From an uncultured archaeon (GTDB lineage: Archaea > Thermoplasmatota > Penumbrarchaeia > JASLWR01), in assembly GCA_964430885.1 (NCBI GenBank), contig CAYSHM010000006.1, positions 32,001-96,000 on the forward strand: a stretch of DNA of 64,000 nucleotides, given 5' to 3'. The number at the start of each line of letters is the position of its first letter. Within the stretch, counting starts at the first letter, position 1. This document shows positions 28,736-38,476 of the stretch, one piece after another. A model generated the notes under the pieces. It saw only the letters and a program-made list of their open reading frames with translations. It had not been told where the DNA came from and made no database searches. The position numbers were made by a program, and so were the translations under genes.

Positions 28736-31700
28736 TCATCGGGAATATGGTTTTTCCTGCCCACCTATCTTAATTGTTCTTCCATCTGAACTGCCATGAC
28801 CTGACATTTTGTCCGATCCGAAATCGTACCTGTTCGCATCAGGGTCGCCCTGTTTGTTGGATTTCAAAACCTCAACCCGTCTTCTAGCACTGTTTGGATT
28901 GGAACTGCTGACCTTGTTCCTGGCAGCAATATCCCTATGGACCACGCCTTCTTGATGAAGCGGGGGAACAGGGTCGAGTTCTGGTGCAGGCCCTGCTGAA
29001 GCAGTTGTATTGGACCTTGACGAATTATAATCCTGTGCTTTAGTGCCTCCTGAGCCTCCGGAACCACTTCCTCCTGGTTCCTGCATAAGCTGCGGAGAGC
29101 TCATATCAATTGGTTTAGATATTTTTGGTGGTTTTTCTGGGTCCATCCTGGCCGAGGTAGTGTTTGACCGTGACGAATTGTAGTCTTGGGCTCTTGATGC
29201 ACTACCTGCTGATGAGCCAGCTGCGGCTGCCTGCCCATATTTCACCCTGCCGGGTCTTTTTCTTAGTAGTGGATCTTCACCTGTATCCGCCTGTGGCTGA
29301 ATCCTATTTGTCCGTGTTGTGTTATGATTAGCAGGCGATGCGGTATCGATATCACTCCCTCCGTTCTTTTTTAGCGTTCCGCCAGGCCTTTTTCTTACAA
29401 CTTTATCATTACCATTGCGGAGTATATCATCGCCGCTTTCCACCCCGCTTGTTGTATTTGACCTTGAAGAGTTGTAATCCTGTGCTCTGCTTTGATATTG
29501 ATCATATCCCTTTTTCCCGGAAAATCCTCCTGAAGCCGGTCCCGCAGCAGAGGCAGGTTCATACATAGGATTCTCCCCCTGATTACCGTTCCCCTGATAC
29601 AGGGGGTTGTTGCTAGAACGTCCCGATCCTTTGGTTAGAATACAGCCCAAACCTCCTAATATAAGACCCGATACCAGACCGAGGAGTACCCATGGAAGGA
29701 TACTCTCCTTCTCATCAGTTTTGTTCTTAGATAATAGGGTGTTAGGGACTTCATTTACATCTGAAGGATCAGTTCGATTTTCGTATTCCTCCATGTTTGA
29801 GAATCCATCACCGTCATCATCTGCCTGCGAGTCGTCGACCTTGGGATCTGTGCCGTGTTCACTCTCCCATCCGTCGGGGAGACCATCTCCGTCTGTGTCC
29901 GAATCGTTCACATCCGTGCCCAACCGTATTTCCTCAACGTTTGTAAGGCCGTCCCCGTCTTTATCGTACATGGCATCGAATGGGTCCAATGGGTCCAACC
30001 CATAAGATAATTCGTCGGAATCCAGTATGCTGTCCCCGTCGTCATCATCATCCAGAGCATCGGAGATTCCATCCCGGTCGGTATCCATATAGGCATCAGG
30101 GTCCAGTGGGAATGCGTCAGTGCTATCATCTATCCCGTCCCCGTCATCATCATCATCCAAAGCATCAGCTATACCATCCTTATCGGTATCGGAAGGAAAT
30201 GAAGTGTTATCCTCTGGATCGGATCCCAACAGCTCTTCTATGGCATCTGGCCAACCATCCCGATCCTTGTCCAGGCGACCCTCCCCAGAACTGTTCATAT
30301 TGTATTCATTTTCAGTCAGGTTTCCCGCGGGTAATACGACCGTAATAACTGCTGAATCGGTCCCCGTTAATCCCTGTTGGTCCATGACTTTGAGTTTGAT
30401 CCGATAATTTCCCGGCTCTTCAGGGTGAAATGTGAACCATTTTTCATATATCTCAGCTGATGTACCGTTGAATTCAATGGTCCAGGTATAATTGTCTATC
30501 CCAATATTATCCATGCTGGAATTGCCGGAAATTGTATTTCGGTCCCCCAGAACTATCATTTCCTCGGTCTCAATTACTGCATTTGGAGCATGAATATCGA
30601 ATAATGGTCTGGTATAGATGGGAGAAAGATTGAAATTGCCGGAGATGTCGCTTGAATTGAATATATAACTCAGGTTGCTGGAAAGGTTGTTAATCATAAG
30701 AAAATTGTTCCAATGATCGAGCTGACCACCTTCCATTGTGAGGTTCATCTTTTGTCCCTGTCCATACCAGTATTGCATGGTTACCATTTCCACTTCAATA
30801 TTATCATAGGAGGATGCTGTGAAGAGAACGTTTTCTCCTGCAATAATCTTCGGTTCACCTGCTTCCATTACCTCAGGCGGTATCCTGTCCAGAACCGCCA
30901 TTTCTCTTGCGGGTGTATTCATTGTATTGCCCGCCATGTCCTCGGCGAGTATGGTATGCGTGATATTACCCATGATATCGTCAGGGATCGTTAGATTGTA
31001 GCTCCAGTACCCTCCACCCTGATGTTCCATTGTGTGTTTGTGCGTAATACTATCTTCATACATAGTTATCTCAAGGATGACTTCTTTCAGCCCGATATCA
31101 TCAAAGACCTGGGCGCTGAATTCCCAGTACTTCCCGGAAAATGCTGGGCCTTGCATTGTTTTGTCAACTATCACCGGTGATTTAATGTCTCTGGGAATAA
31201 CCCTGGGAAAACTATCCTGGACCGGTTTCATTCTATCAGGGATATCTATTTCATAAGGCGTGTTCCAGATGTATGAATCATAAGTAGCGTTGGGATATCT
31301 TTCTGACATATCTGACCAATAATTTCCTATTCCGCCGTTGTCCCATTTGTTATTGTACCCCGCGTCCTTAGCCTGAACGCCACCGTTGTTGTTATCGGCA
31401 AAATTGTTGCTGTAAATTGATATGGATGTCGTTTCGAACCTCAGATGTAGGCCGTAAATCTGATTCCCCAATAGAGAGTTGTTCCTGATCAGAATGTTGT
31501 AGGAGGCCAATATTGAAAAACCATACTTGCCGCCAGTAGCAGTGTTGTTGTCTATGATGACGTTCCCGGTATTGTTGAGAAACAGTCCCGCTCCTTGGCT
31601 GTCGATCATATAATTGTCCTTTATCATCACATTCTGAACATTGAACAGGGATATACCTCCGTTTTCAAAATACTTGTTTGTTCCTCCATTAACGCTTTTG

Positions 31701-32059
31701 ATGGAGTTGCCCTGTATTATGATATAATCAGTAGTATTTCCAATATAAATGCCGTGTCCGTAACCTACACCGTGAATATCCCAGCCGCTGATGATGTATG
31801 GATCATCCTTGGTTCCGTTCCCGCCGTTTGTTCCATTTTCGGGTGTTAGATCCTTTCCGCTGTTAATAATTATAGGTTCCCGGACATTGTCTCTGGGGTC
31901 GCCCTTATCCATGACTCTTTCATTTTCATCTATCTCGTCCGTACCTGATACCCATGTAAATATAAAAGGAACCATGAATATCGTGATTATCAAAGCAATT
32001 ATGATCTTTAAAAAAATATTTTTCCCAGTATCATGTTTATTTGTTTCATAAGAGTTCAT
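28736..32059 (-). CDS. Surface protein: parallel beta-helix (NosD-like), Ig/PKD, TSP3-like Ca-binding repeats, TM anchor and an unusual cytoplasmic tail
   Basis: GNGTKDDPYIISGWDI, GNYWSD, DNIGIDNYTW, many DxDxDG repeats, TM ILPWVLLGLVSGLILGGLGCIL. Confidence 0.8.
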   Translation of the reverse strand: MNSYETNKHDTGKNIFLKIIIALIITIFMVPFIFTWVSGTDEIDENERVMDKGDPRDNVREPIIINSGKDLTPENGTNGGNGTKDDPYIISGWDIHGVGYGHGIYIGNTTDYIIIQGNSIKSVNGGTNKYFENGGISLFNVQNVMIKDNYMIDSQGAGLFLNNTGNVIIDNNTATGGKYGFSILASYNILIRNNSLLGNQIYGLHLRFETTSISIYSNNFADNNNGGVQAKDAGYNNKWDNGGIGNYWSDMSERYPNATYDSYIWNTPYEIDIPDRMKPVQDSFPRVIPRDIKSPVIVDKTMQGPAFSGKYWEFSAQVFDDIGLKEVILEITMYEDSITHKHTMEHQGGGYWSYNLTIPDDIMGNITHTILAEDMAGNTMNTPAREMAVLDRIPPEVMEAGEPKIIAGENVLFTASSYDNIEVEMVTMQYWYGQGQKMNLTMEGGQLDHWNNFLMINNLSSNLSYIFNSSDISGNFNLSPIYTRPLFDIHAPNAVIETEEMIVLGDRNTISGNSSMDNIGIDNYTWTIEFNGTSAEIYEKWFTFHPEEPGNYRIKLKVMDQQGLTGTDSAVITVVLPAGNLTENEYNMNSSGEGRLDKDRDGWPDAIEELLGSDPEDNTSFPSDTDKDGIADALDDDDDGDGIDDSTDAFPLDPDAYMDTDRDGISDALDDDDDGDSILDSDELSYGLDPLDPFDAMYDKDGDGLTNVEEIRLGTDVNDSDTDGDGLPDGWESEHGTDPKVDDSQADDDGDGFSNMEEYENRTDPSDVNEVPNTLLSKNKTDEKESILPWVLLGLVSGLILGGLGCILTKGSGRSSNNPLYQGNGNQGENPMYEPASAAGPASGGFSGKKGYDQYQSRAQDYNSSRSNTTSGVESGDDILRNGNDKVVRKRPGGTLKKNGGSDIDTASPANHNTTRTNRIQPQADTGEDPLLRKRPGRVKYGQAAAAGSSAGSASRAQDYNSSRSNTTSARMDPEKPPKISKPIDMSSPQLMQEPGGSGSGGSGGTKAQDYNSSRSNTTASAGPAPELDPVPPLHQEGVVHRDIAARNKVSSSNPNSARRRVEVLKSNKQGDPDANRYDFGSDKMSGHGSSDGRTIKIGGQEKPYSR
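29003..29485 (-). repeat. Three dispersed coding copies of AQDYNSSRSNTT (29450-29485, 29156-29191, 29003-29038)
   Basis: Identical 12-aa peptide encoded with different synonymous codons in each copy. Confidence 0.9.
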
Positions 32060-32281
32060 AACGGCACCACCTCCTATCTCAGGAATAAGGGAATACATAA
32101 AGAAAATTAATGAAAGGTCCCGGTTCCTGTTCTGTTGAATTGTACCGTTAATATTAACGTTATAGGAATATAAATAGTTTTAGTTACTATTTTGTAATAA
32201 TTACAAATTAGGATGTAGAAGGGTAGAATATTGGTCCATAGAGTTGCGGGATGAGATAATAATACAATTGTTGATGATATT

Positions 32282-33850
32282 TTACATGTCCCATTCCAAT
32301 TCATCAATGAATTCAGCTTCTCTGGCTTCTTTTCTTCGTTTGTATATTCGGAAGAATATGAAAATGTTAGCCAGACCAAGCAGCAGGGCCAAAATGAGAA
32401 TTATAATGATCTTCATATTGTCCATGAGAAAACTCGATTCAGATCCGTCATTATTGTCCCTCTGGATGGGATTCTGCTTCCCGGTGTCATCATTATCTGA
32501 ATCCTGTTGGTTACTGTCGTCATCTAAATTCTGATCGTTATCTGCATCAGTATCATCATTCTCTGTGCTGTCATCGTCATTCGAAGTGTCGTCATCGGGT
32601 TTTGGGTCAGGTTTCACATCATCATTGTTATCATTGGTTCCGTTGTGAGGTTCAGTATTATTAGCGTCATCATCACCAGTTCCATTATCTTGTGAAGGAT
32701 CATCCGGAATTTCAGGCTCTGCAATGGGTATGTCTATGCTAGCTCCGTAAATGTTCCCCATTCCCGACCCATAAACGGTCCAGGCGGAGAAGAGCCTGCT
32801 TTCATACTCGCACAGGCAGGGTTCTGACAGAATCTCGGATGAATAAATTGATCTTATGCTGTTCCAGTTGATGCAATCAGTTGAATTTGCTACCTGTACG
32901 GACATATTTCCTTGAGTTTCTTTTATCCAAGTCATCCAGAATAGATCATTTTGATCCTGAACAATGAACGGATGTTTACCCTGGTTCTTGGTTGGGATCT
33001 TTACAGGTGATGAAAATGAACTCAGATCATCAGATGATGAGCGGAAAATTGCTATATCATTCTGTGAATCTTCATTGTTCCAATAGAGAAGCCATTCGTC
33101 ACCTGCCCCTCTAACCAGCACTGGGTCGAGATCGTCCTCACCAGTGTCAGCAACCATCTGCGGATCGCTCCAGTCACCATTTTTTCCCATCCTTGACAAC
33201 CAAATATCGTAGTCGCCATTCCTGTCAGATGACCATGTGAGGATGATCTCTTCATCACCAACTGACAGATTCGGGCAGATGTCGCTTCCGGTATGATTTG
33301 TTATAGGTTCTTGACCAGTTAGTTCCGAAGGACTCTCTTCTAATAATGATCCCCATATCTCCATATTACCTGAACGGTAGGATGTCCAGGCAGCATATAT
33401 CTTCCCGTTTCCGGGATGATTGCCAATGGAGATATAAAGGTCATCGGATATATCTTCGGTCAATTGATTTTTATTACCTGGAACAAGTTCATTGGATATT
33501 TCGATCTGCCACAGATCTGAGGTGTCAAGCCAATCTATCTTCCCGTCAGAATTAGTGTCCTCAGTTCTAGTCCAGTATAGTTTTAATTCCTCATCATGAG
33601 GGCTTAATAAGGCATGATCGTTCTGCGTCTTATCCGATATTATGGCGACAGCATCGCTCCAGTTTGAAAAATCGACCCCGCGGTTTCCATTTGATCGTTC
33701 CAATTCTTTTAATGAATAACTTTCTAAGTGAATGGTATTATAGGGATTTATCAGAAAAATTAATAAAAGAACTATGGATATGATAGCCGGGCAGGTCCAG
33801 TCCTTTTTCTTCATAATAACACCAGTTTGGATTAATCCCGATAAAAGCAC
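32282..33850 (-). CDS. Secreted beta-propeller-like protein with acidic linker and C-terminal TM anchor
   Basis: Signal peptide; repeated W.S.R.G..DIW / W+P blades; D/N-rich linker; IIIILILALLLG TM followed by KRRK. Confidence 0.7.
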   Translation of the reverse strand: MLLSGLIQTGVIMKKKDWTCPAIISIVLLLIFLINPYNTIHLESYSLKELERSNGNRGVDFSNWSDAVAIISDKTQNDHALLSPHDEELKLYWTRTEDTNSDGKIDWLDTSDLWQIEISNELVPGNKNQLTEDISDDLYISIGNHPGNGKIYAAWTSYRSGNMEIWGSLLEESPSELTGQEPITNHTGSDICPNLSVGDEEIILTWSSDRNGDYDIWLSRMGKNGDWSDPQMVADTGEDDLDPVLVRGAGDEWLLYWNNEDSQNDIAIFRSSSDDLSSFSSPVKIPTKNQGKHPFIVQDQNDLFWMTWIKETQGNMSVQVANSTDCINWNSIRSIYSSEILSEPCLCEYESRLFSAWTVYGSGMGNIYGASIDIPIAEPEIPDDPSQDNGTGDDDANNTEPHNGTNDNNDDVKPDPKPDDDTSNDDDSTENDDTDADNDQNLDDDSNQQDSDNDDTGKQNPIQRDNNDGSESSFLMDNMKIIIILILALLLGLANIFIFFRIYKRRKEAREAEFIDELEWDM

Positions 33851-33869
33851 GGCGAATTGGAATTACCTT

Positions 33870-36194
33870 TTACAGGTAGAACTTGTCGTTTGAGGGATCG
33901 AATATTTGAGGGGTCAGATTGTACTCCCTCATTACTCTGGCTTTAGCCTCCATAAAACTATCTTCCATGGAGGTATAACCCTGTCCCTCAATACCCCAAA
34001 TCAGGAACCAGTAGGTCCAAGCTCCGTTACCGTATTCAGGGGCGTCATAGCTCCATTCGTTCCAGTCACAGGCAGTGATAAGCAGTCTTCCGCTTCCGGA
34101 AAGCTCATTCATTCCCCCGCTCCTGCAGGAATCAAAATAGATGAATATGTGCTCGGAATCGAAATTATCGAAGATGTCCGATAGTTCACTGTCGGAGATA
34201 CATCCCCTGCCGTTATGGGTTGCATCCGAAGCAAATATCATGGAGCCGCTACCTGAATATCCTGCTTCATAGAAATGACCCCCGTGTCCAGCATACACAA
34301 ATGCTACATGATCTCCTTCTTCCTCCATGCTCTCCAGCCAATCCAACTCGTCAAGTATCTCCTGTCTTGTGGCTTGACGGTTGTATATTGTCTTTACTGA
34401 GTATCCCTGGGATTGAAGGTGATTGGTCCATGAAATGGCATCTGAATCTGCATACCGCAGATCACCGATGTAGTAATAATCCGATATTCCAATAACCAAA
34501 GCGTATTTATCGTTCTGGTCAGGAATTGAATTGTCCACAATGAGGTCTATCTCCGTCTCACCAGTGTTACCATATATGTCAGTTGCCCTAGCTATAATTG
34601 TATGAGTTGTACTGTCTGTATAAACCGAAGTATCCCAGGTGAACTCGTATGGTGCTTGTGTATCGGATATCCAGCTCCCCTCATCAATGGAGATCTCAGC
34701 CATGGAGATGTCAGATTGATCATTGATACTAAGCATTATTCTGACTGTACCTGACACTATCATTCCGTCAGAATGAGAGCTGATCCTGATATCCGGAGCA
34801 GAGTCATCTATCAGAATATCAGCGGTTATGGTGTATTCCCCTTCGCCTGAATACCTGTTTACAAGTATGAAATATTCACCGTCGGGTTCTTCTACCGAGC
34901 ATCGTTCATCAGCCGAGGCTGTATAGCCATTAACATCATATGAGTTGGTAGTGGGTTCTTCCCCTTCCTTGACATATAGGTCAAAATCAGCGTTGTCCGG
35001 CCCGTCCAGAACAACGTCCAGCTGATAACCGGTATCCACTTCGATGAAATAGATATCCTGTTTATTGAAAGCATCCAGATACGAGGTCTTTGATTGTCCG
35101 TCAAACAGTTCTCCAGCCTCTCCTTCGTTCTGCTGCTGGTTATTGATCATGATCTCTACCGGATCTGCTTCGCCGAGGTTGCCGTGGATGTCTTCCGCTC
35201 TGGCATTGATGAAATGGGAGCCATCTTCAATAGTTGTGGTATCGAACTGGAATTCAAACGCCCCCGGCTCGTTCCTTACCCATTCTCCTGAATCAATACT
35301 GAACTCCCCGAAGGCTATTTCAGACTCGTCTGTGATCTCTAAAATAACTGTAATTGTGCCGCTTACCATATCTCCGTCGGAGGGTGAATCTATCTCCACC
35401 GCAGGTCCTTCCTCATCTTTCAATATTCTAGCTTCAAGGGTGTAGTCACCGAACCCTTCGTACTGGTTTACCAGTATGTAATAGGTTCCAAATGGATTAT
35501 CAACATGGCAGGTCTCATGGGCTGAGTAGGTATATGCATTTGTATCGTAATCCTCGGTGGTAGGTCTGCTTCCTTCTTTGACATATAGGTCGTAATCAGC
35601 ACTATCGGGTCCATTGAGCTCAATTGTCAATTTGATACCGTCATTTATCTCGACTACGAAGTAGTCTAATGTGTCCAGTTCTGTGAGTGTATCGTAATGC
35701 GTAACCCCGATGTCCAGTTCTACTTCCTCTTCCGCAGCTTCTTCTTCTCCATCACCCTGGTCACCGTTCCCCGCTTGGTTCTCGGTGATGGTAGCCAAGA
35801 GAGAGAAATCTCCGCTCCCTTCATAGCTGTAAACTGTGATGTAGTAAAATCCCTGATTCGTACTTGGAATATTGCAGTATTCGCTGGATCCAGCTTCGTT
35901 GCCTACAGCATCATCATTCTCGCCGTCAGGAAGTGCATCGAATCTAACATACAGATCGAAATCCGCATCATCTGGCCCCCACATCTCCACATCGAGTTCA
36001 TCACTGTCTCCGGCCCAGATGGAATAATCCATATAATCTCCGGTGGCATATAAGCTGCCGTCCTCTTCTATATCAGTGTATATTTCCATGACATTCTGAG
36101 CACTAGCAGTAAATGTGAAGGGATGTAAGCATACAAATAAAAGAATGAATACAAATACTGATGTTTTTATTATTGAACTTGCTCTATCTAACAT
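33870..36194 (-). CDS. Secreted caspase-fold (peptidase C14-like) protease with three PPC domains and two Ig-like domains
   Basis: Signal peptide ending ASA; three GPD.ADFDLYV PPC repeats; YALVIGISDY, YAGHGG (His) and FDSCRSG (Cys). Confidence 0.85.
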   Translation of the reverse strand: MLDRASSIIKTSVFVFILLFVCLHPFTFTASAQNVMEIYTDIEEDGSLYATGDYMDYSIWAGDSDELDVEMWGPDDADFDLYVRFDALPDGENDDAVGNEAGSSEYCNIPSTNQGFYYITVYSYEGSGDFSLLATITENQAGNGDQGDGEEEAAEEEVELDIGVTHYDTLTELDTLDYFVVEINDGIKLTIELNGPDSADYDLYVKEGSRPTTEDYDTNAYTYSAHETCHVDNPFGTYYILVNQYEGFGDYTLEARILKDEEGPAVEIDSPSDGDMVSGTITVILEITDESEIAFGEFSIDSGEWVRNEPGAFEFQFDTTTIEDGSHFINARAEDIHGNLGEADPVEIMINNQQQNEGEAGELFDGQSKTSYLDAFNKQDIYFIEVDTGYQLDVVLDGPDNADFDLYVKEGEEPTTNSYDVNGYTASADERCSVEEPDGEYFILVNRYSGEGEYTITADILIDDSAPDIRISSHSDGMIVSGTVRIMLSINDQSDISMAEISIDEGSWISDTQAPYEFTWDTSVYTDSTTHTIIARATDIYGNTGETEIDLIVDNSIPDQNDKYALVIGISDYYYIGDLRYADSDAISWTNHLQSQGYSVKTIYNRQATRQEILDELDWLESMEEEGDHVAFVYAGHGGHFYEAGYSGSGSMIFASDATHNGRGCISDSELSDIFDNFDSEHIFIYFDSCRSGGMNELSGSGRLLITACDWNEWSYDAPEYGNGAWTYWFLIWGIEGQGYTSMEDSFMEAKARVMREYNLTPQIFDPSNDKFYL

Positions 36195-36374
36195 AATTTA
36201 TACCCTAGAATTATACACTGTTGAAATTGAATGAGCCAGTATGGTGATAATGGTATTAAAAAGTTGGGTTGAATTCAATAAGATTGTGATAAGTATTGGT
36301 AGGAAAAACAGGCCCCCTTCATGAGAAATTTTTAGAAAATTTCATTTGTCTTCATTACTATAAGAAAAAGGTAA

Positions 36375-36448
36375 TGGACCCGTCGGAATTTGAATCCGAG
36401 GCCTTCTCCATGCCAAGGAGACGATCTTCCAGGCTGATCTACGGGCCC
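36375..36448 (-). tRNA. tRNA-Ala(GGC)
   Basis: Reverse complement GGGCCCGTAGATCAGCCTGGAAGATCGTCTCCTTGGCATGGAGA...TTCAAATTCCGACGGGTCCA. Confidence 0.96.
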
Positions 36449-36614
36449 ACTTATGAGCGAACTTTTCTGAGCGATTAAGTGGGCATGTTAGCAACGATTT
36501 AACGTTGTGTTAAGGGCCCATTTATTCACTCTCTTCACCACCGCCACCACAATTTTCCCACAATGTAAAACCACTTATTTAAACACTTCTCTACTTATCA
36601 AAGGCGGTATCCAA

Positions 36615-38282
36615 TCAGAATATCAGAATGGTTTCCATTACAGTTTCCTCTTCTGGATTGGCGATTTCGCTGGTGAGCCATTCGATATCGACCTGACAGG
36701 AGTAATCGTTGCCTCCATCCACAAGCTGGAGCATTCCAAGGCCTGCCCTAGCCTCATAATTTCCTGCGGTCTCCATCAATATGTTGACATCCACACTGTA
36801 AGCGGGATTTGCCTCGCTGAGGTTAAGTATCTGTTCATCAGTGTACTCAATGCCTGCTAGTACAGTACACTGCTGGCCGTGCTGGTTCTCGCCCCAATGG
36901 GAATCCGTTTCATTATTTCCCGTGACCGTAACACTGAATATATCACCAGTGTTCTCGTAATACCTGACCTGCCGGGTATCGGGTTCGTCTTCCCATGTAA
37001 GGGTTACAGATACGCTTCTTATGTATCTTTCAAATGAAGAAGCGATGGTTATCGTCTTTATCTCCCCCTCGGCTAGATATCCCGAGTGAAGCTCACCTTC
37101 AGGGGTCAGTACCATATCGTCCAGATTACCGGTGCCCCCTCCGCCTGGAAAGTCGGGGAACACAACCATCTTTGAAAGATTGGTCTCACCCACTGCGAAA
37201 GTCGCACCGAGCACAAGGAAGCATACCACTACTGAAAAGGCCATGGACTGAAAGAGTGTGTTCCCAACAGTCTTTCCTTTCAATCCGTAATCATGCTCAT
37301 AAACGTATCTCTTCAATTTGGCAAGTTTACCCTTGAAGATAGGATCTCCCCTCCGTTGAGGTTCCCAGTAATACTTGTATATCATATAGAAATATATCAC
37401 CATCAGAGCATTGACAATTAGGGATGTCAGTGTACCCATTACCAAAGCTGACATTTCCGACATGCCTCCGGGTACTATCCTGCTGGTCAGCCAGAATACC
37501 GATAACTGCCAATTCCCCATACCATGCATTATTATGCATGCGTAAATGTTCCTCGACCACATATAGAGGGCCCCGAAGGTGAAGCCGGCAGACATCCAGC
37601 CGATCTCTGCCACAACAAGGTGCCAAAAAGGCATTTTGTATACGGTAATGGCTATAGGAATGTGTGCAGCTCCAAAGAATATGGATGAAAAGACCAAGGC
37701 CTGCCAGTTAGTCAGTACACGGCTTGATTGATCGTGAACGAAGCTCCTGAACTGCAGCTCCTCAACAGGACCGACAATACAGAAATGGGTGAAGGACATA
37801 AGAAGGAACAGACCGAGTGTTGTGCTGTCAAGCAAGCTGTAAATACCCAGGGTCCCGAACTGAACCCCGCCGGCCATGGCTGATAGGGTGTCACCTACTA
37901 TCATCTCCAGCACGCGCCATAGTATTGCGCTGAGAAGTCCTATGGCCAGACCGCTCATAAGCTTCTTTCGGGTAAATACAAAGGGATGTCCTTTTTCCTT
38001 TCTGAAGAACTTCCAGTATACTATAATTGGCAACAAATGAATAGTTGGTGCAGCTATGATATGGCCTATGAAAAAGGGGATGTTGAAACCAGATCCGTAG
38101 AGCGGTGCAGTTATTACCCTGTAAATGCCCCATAGTACGAATTCAACAAGTATTACCAAGGTTATCTCAAGTACATACCTGGTTTTGCCCGGGAGCGGTT
38201 TGGTGCCTTTGGGAGGTATACCAAACCATTTCTTCTCCACCTTATCCTCGTAGGTTTTTAGATTATTCTCATCGGGAAACAT
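36615..38282 (-). CDS. CPBP (Abi/CAAX) intramembrane metalloprotease with C-terminal extracellular domain
   Basis: EELQFRS, FGAAH, HGMGN motifs; GGTGA SD before ATG 38282. Confidence 0.88.
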   Translation of the reverse strand: MFPDENNLKTYEDKVEKKWFGIPPKGTKPLPGKTRYVLEITLVILVEFVLWGIYRVITAPLYGSGFNIPFFIGHIIAAPTIHLLPIIVYWKFFRKEKGHPFVFTRKKLMSGLAIGLLSAILWRVLEMIVGDTLSAMAGGVQFGTLGIYSLLDSTTLGLFLLMSFTHFCIVGPVEELQFRSFVHDQSSRVLTNWQALVFSSIFFGAAHIPIAITVYKMPFWHLVVAEIGWMSAGFTFGALYMWSRNIYACIIMHGMGNWQLSVFWLTSRIVPGGMSEMSALVMGTLTSLIVNALMVIYFYMIYKYYWEPQRRGDPIFKGKLAKLKRYVYEHDYGLKGKTVGNTLFQSMAFSVVVCFLVLGATFAVGETNLSKMVVFPDFPGGGGTGNLDDMVLTPEGELHSGYLAEGEIKTITIASSFERYIRSVSVTLTWEDEPDTRQVRYYENTGDIFSVTVTGNNETDSHWGENQHGQQCTVLAGIEYTDEQILNLSEANPAYSVDVNILMETAGNYEARAGLGMLQLVDGGNDYSCQVDIEWLTSEIANPEEETVMETILIF

Positions 38283-38476
38283 GATCTCACCTTCGGTTCT
38301 ATGGCTTTGGTATCTGCCTATTAGATTTATGCTATTTATTAATATAACACGCCAATATTGGCCCAATTCACTCTATAGTAATAAAACCCATTAGAATCCC
38401 TTAAAACAGCTTAACAGAGTTTGGTTCAGGATACTTGTAACAAAAATTATTATTATCATAATTCGAATAGTATGAT

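Noticed and set aside
28916-28945. Tyrosine kinase gene suggested by VVHRDIAARN
   Set aside because: Isolated 10-aa motif with no Gly-rich loop, VAIK lysine or properly spaced kinase subdomains; reported only as part of the motif collage
36443-36525. Short direct and inverted repeats (GGGCCCAyTTAT, GCCCACTT/AAGTGGGC) beside tRNA-Ala as a possible att site
   Set aside because: Only 8-12 bp, at the tRNA 5' end and not the 3' end, with no integrase and no distant second copy seen
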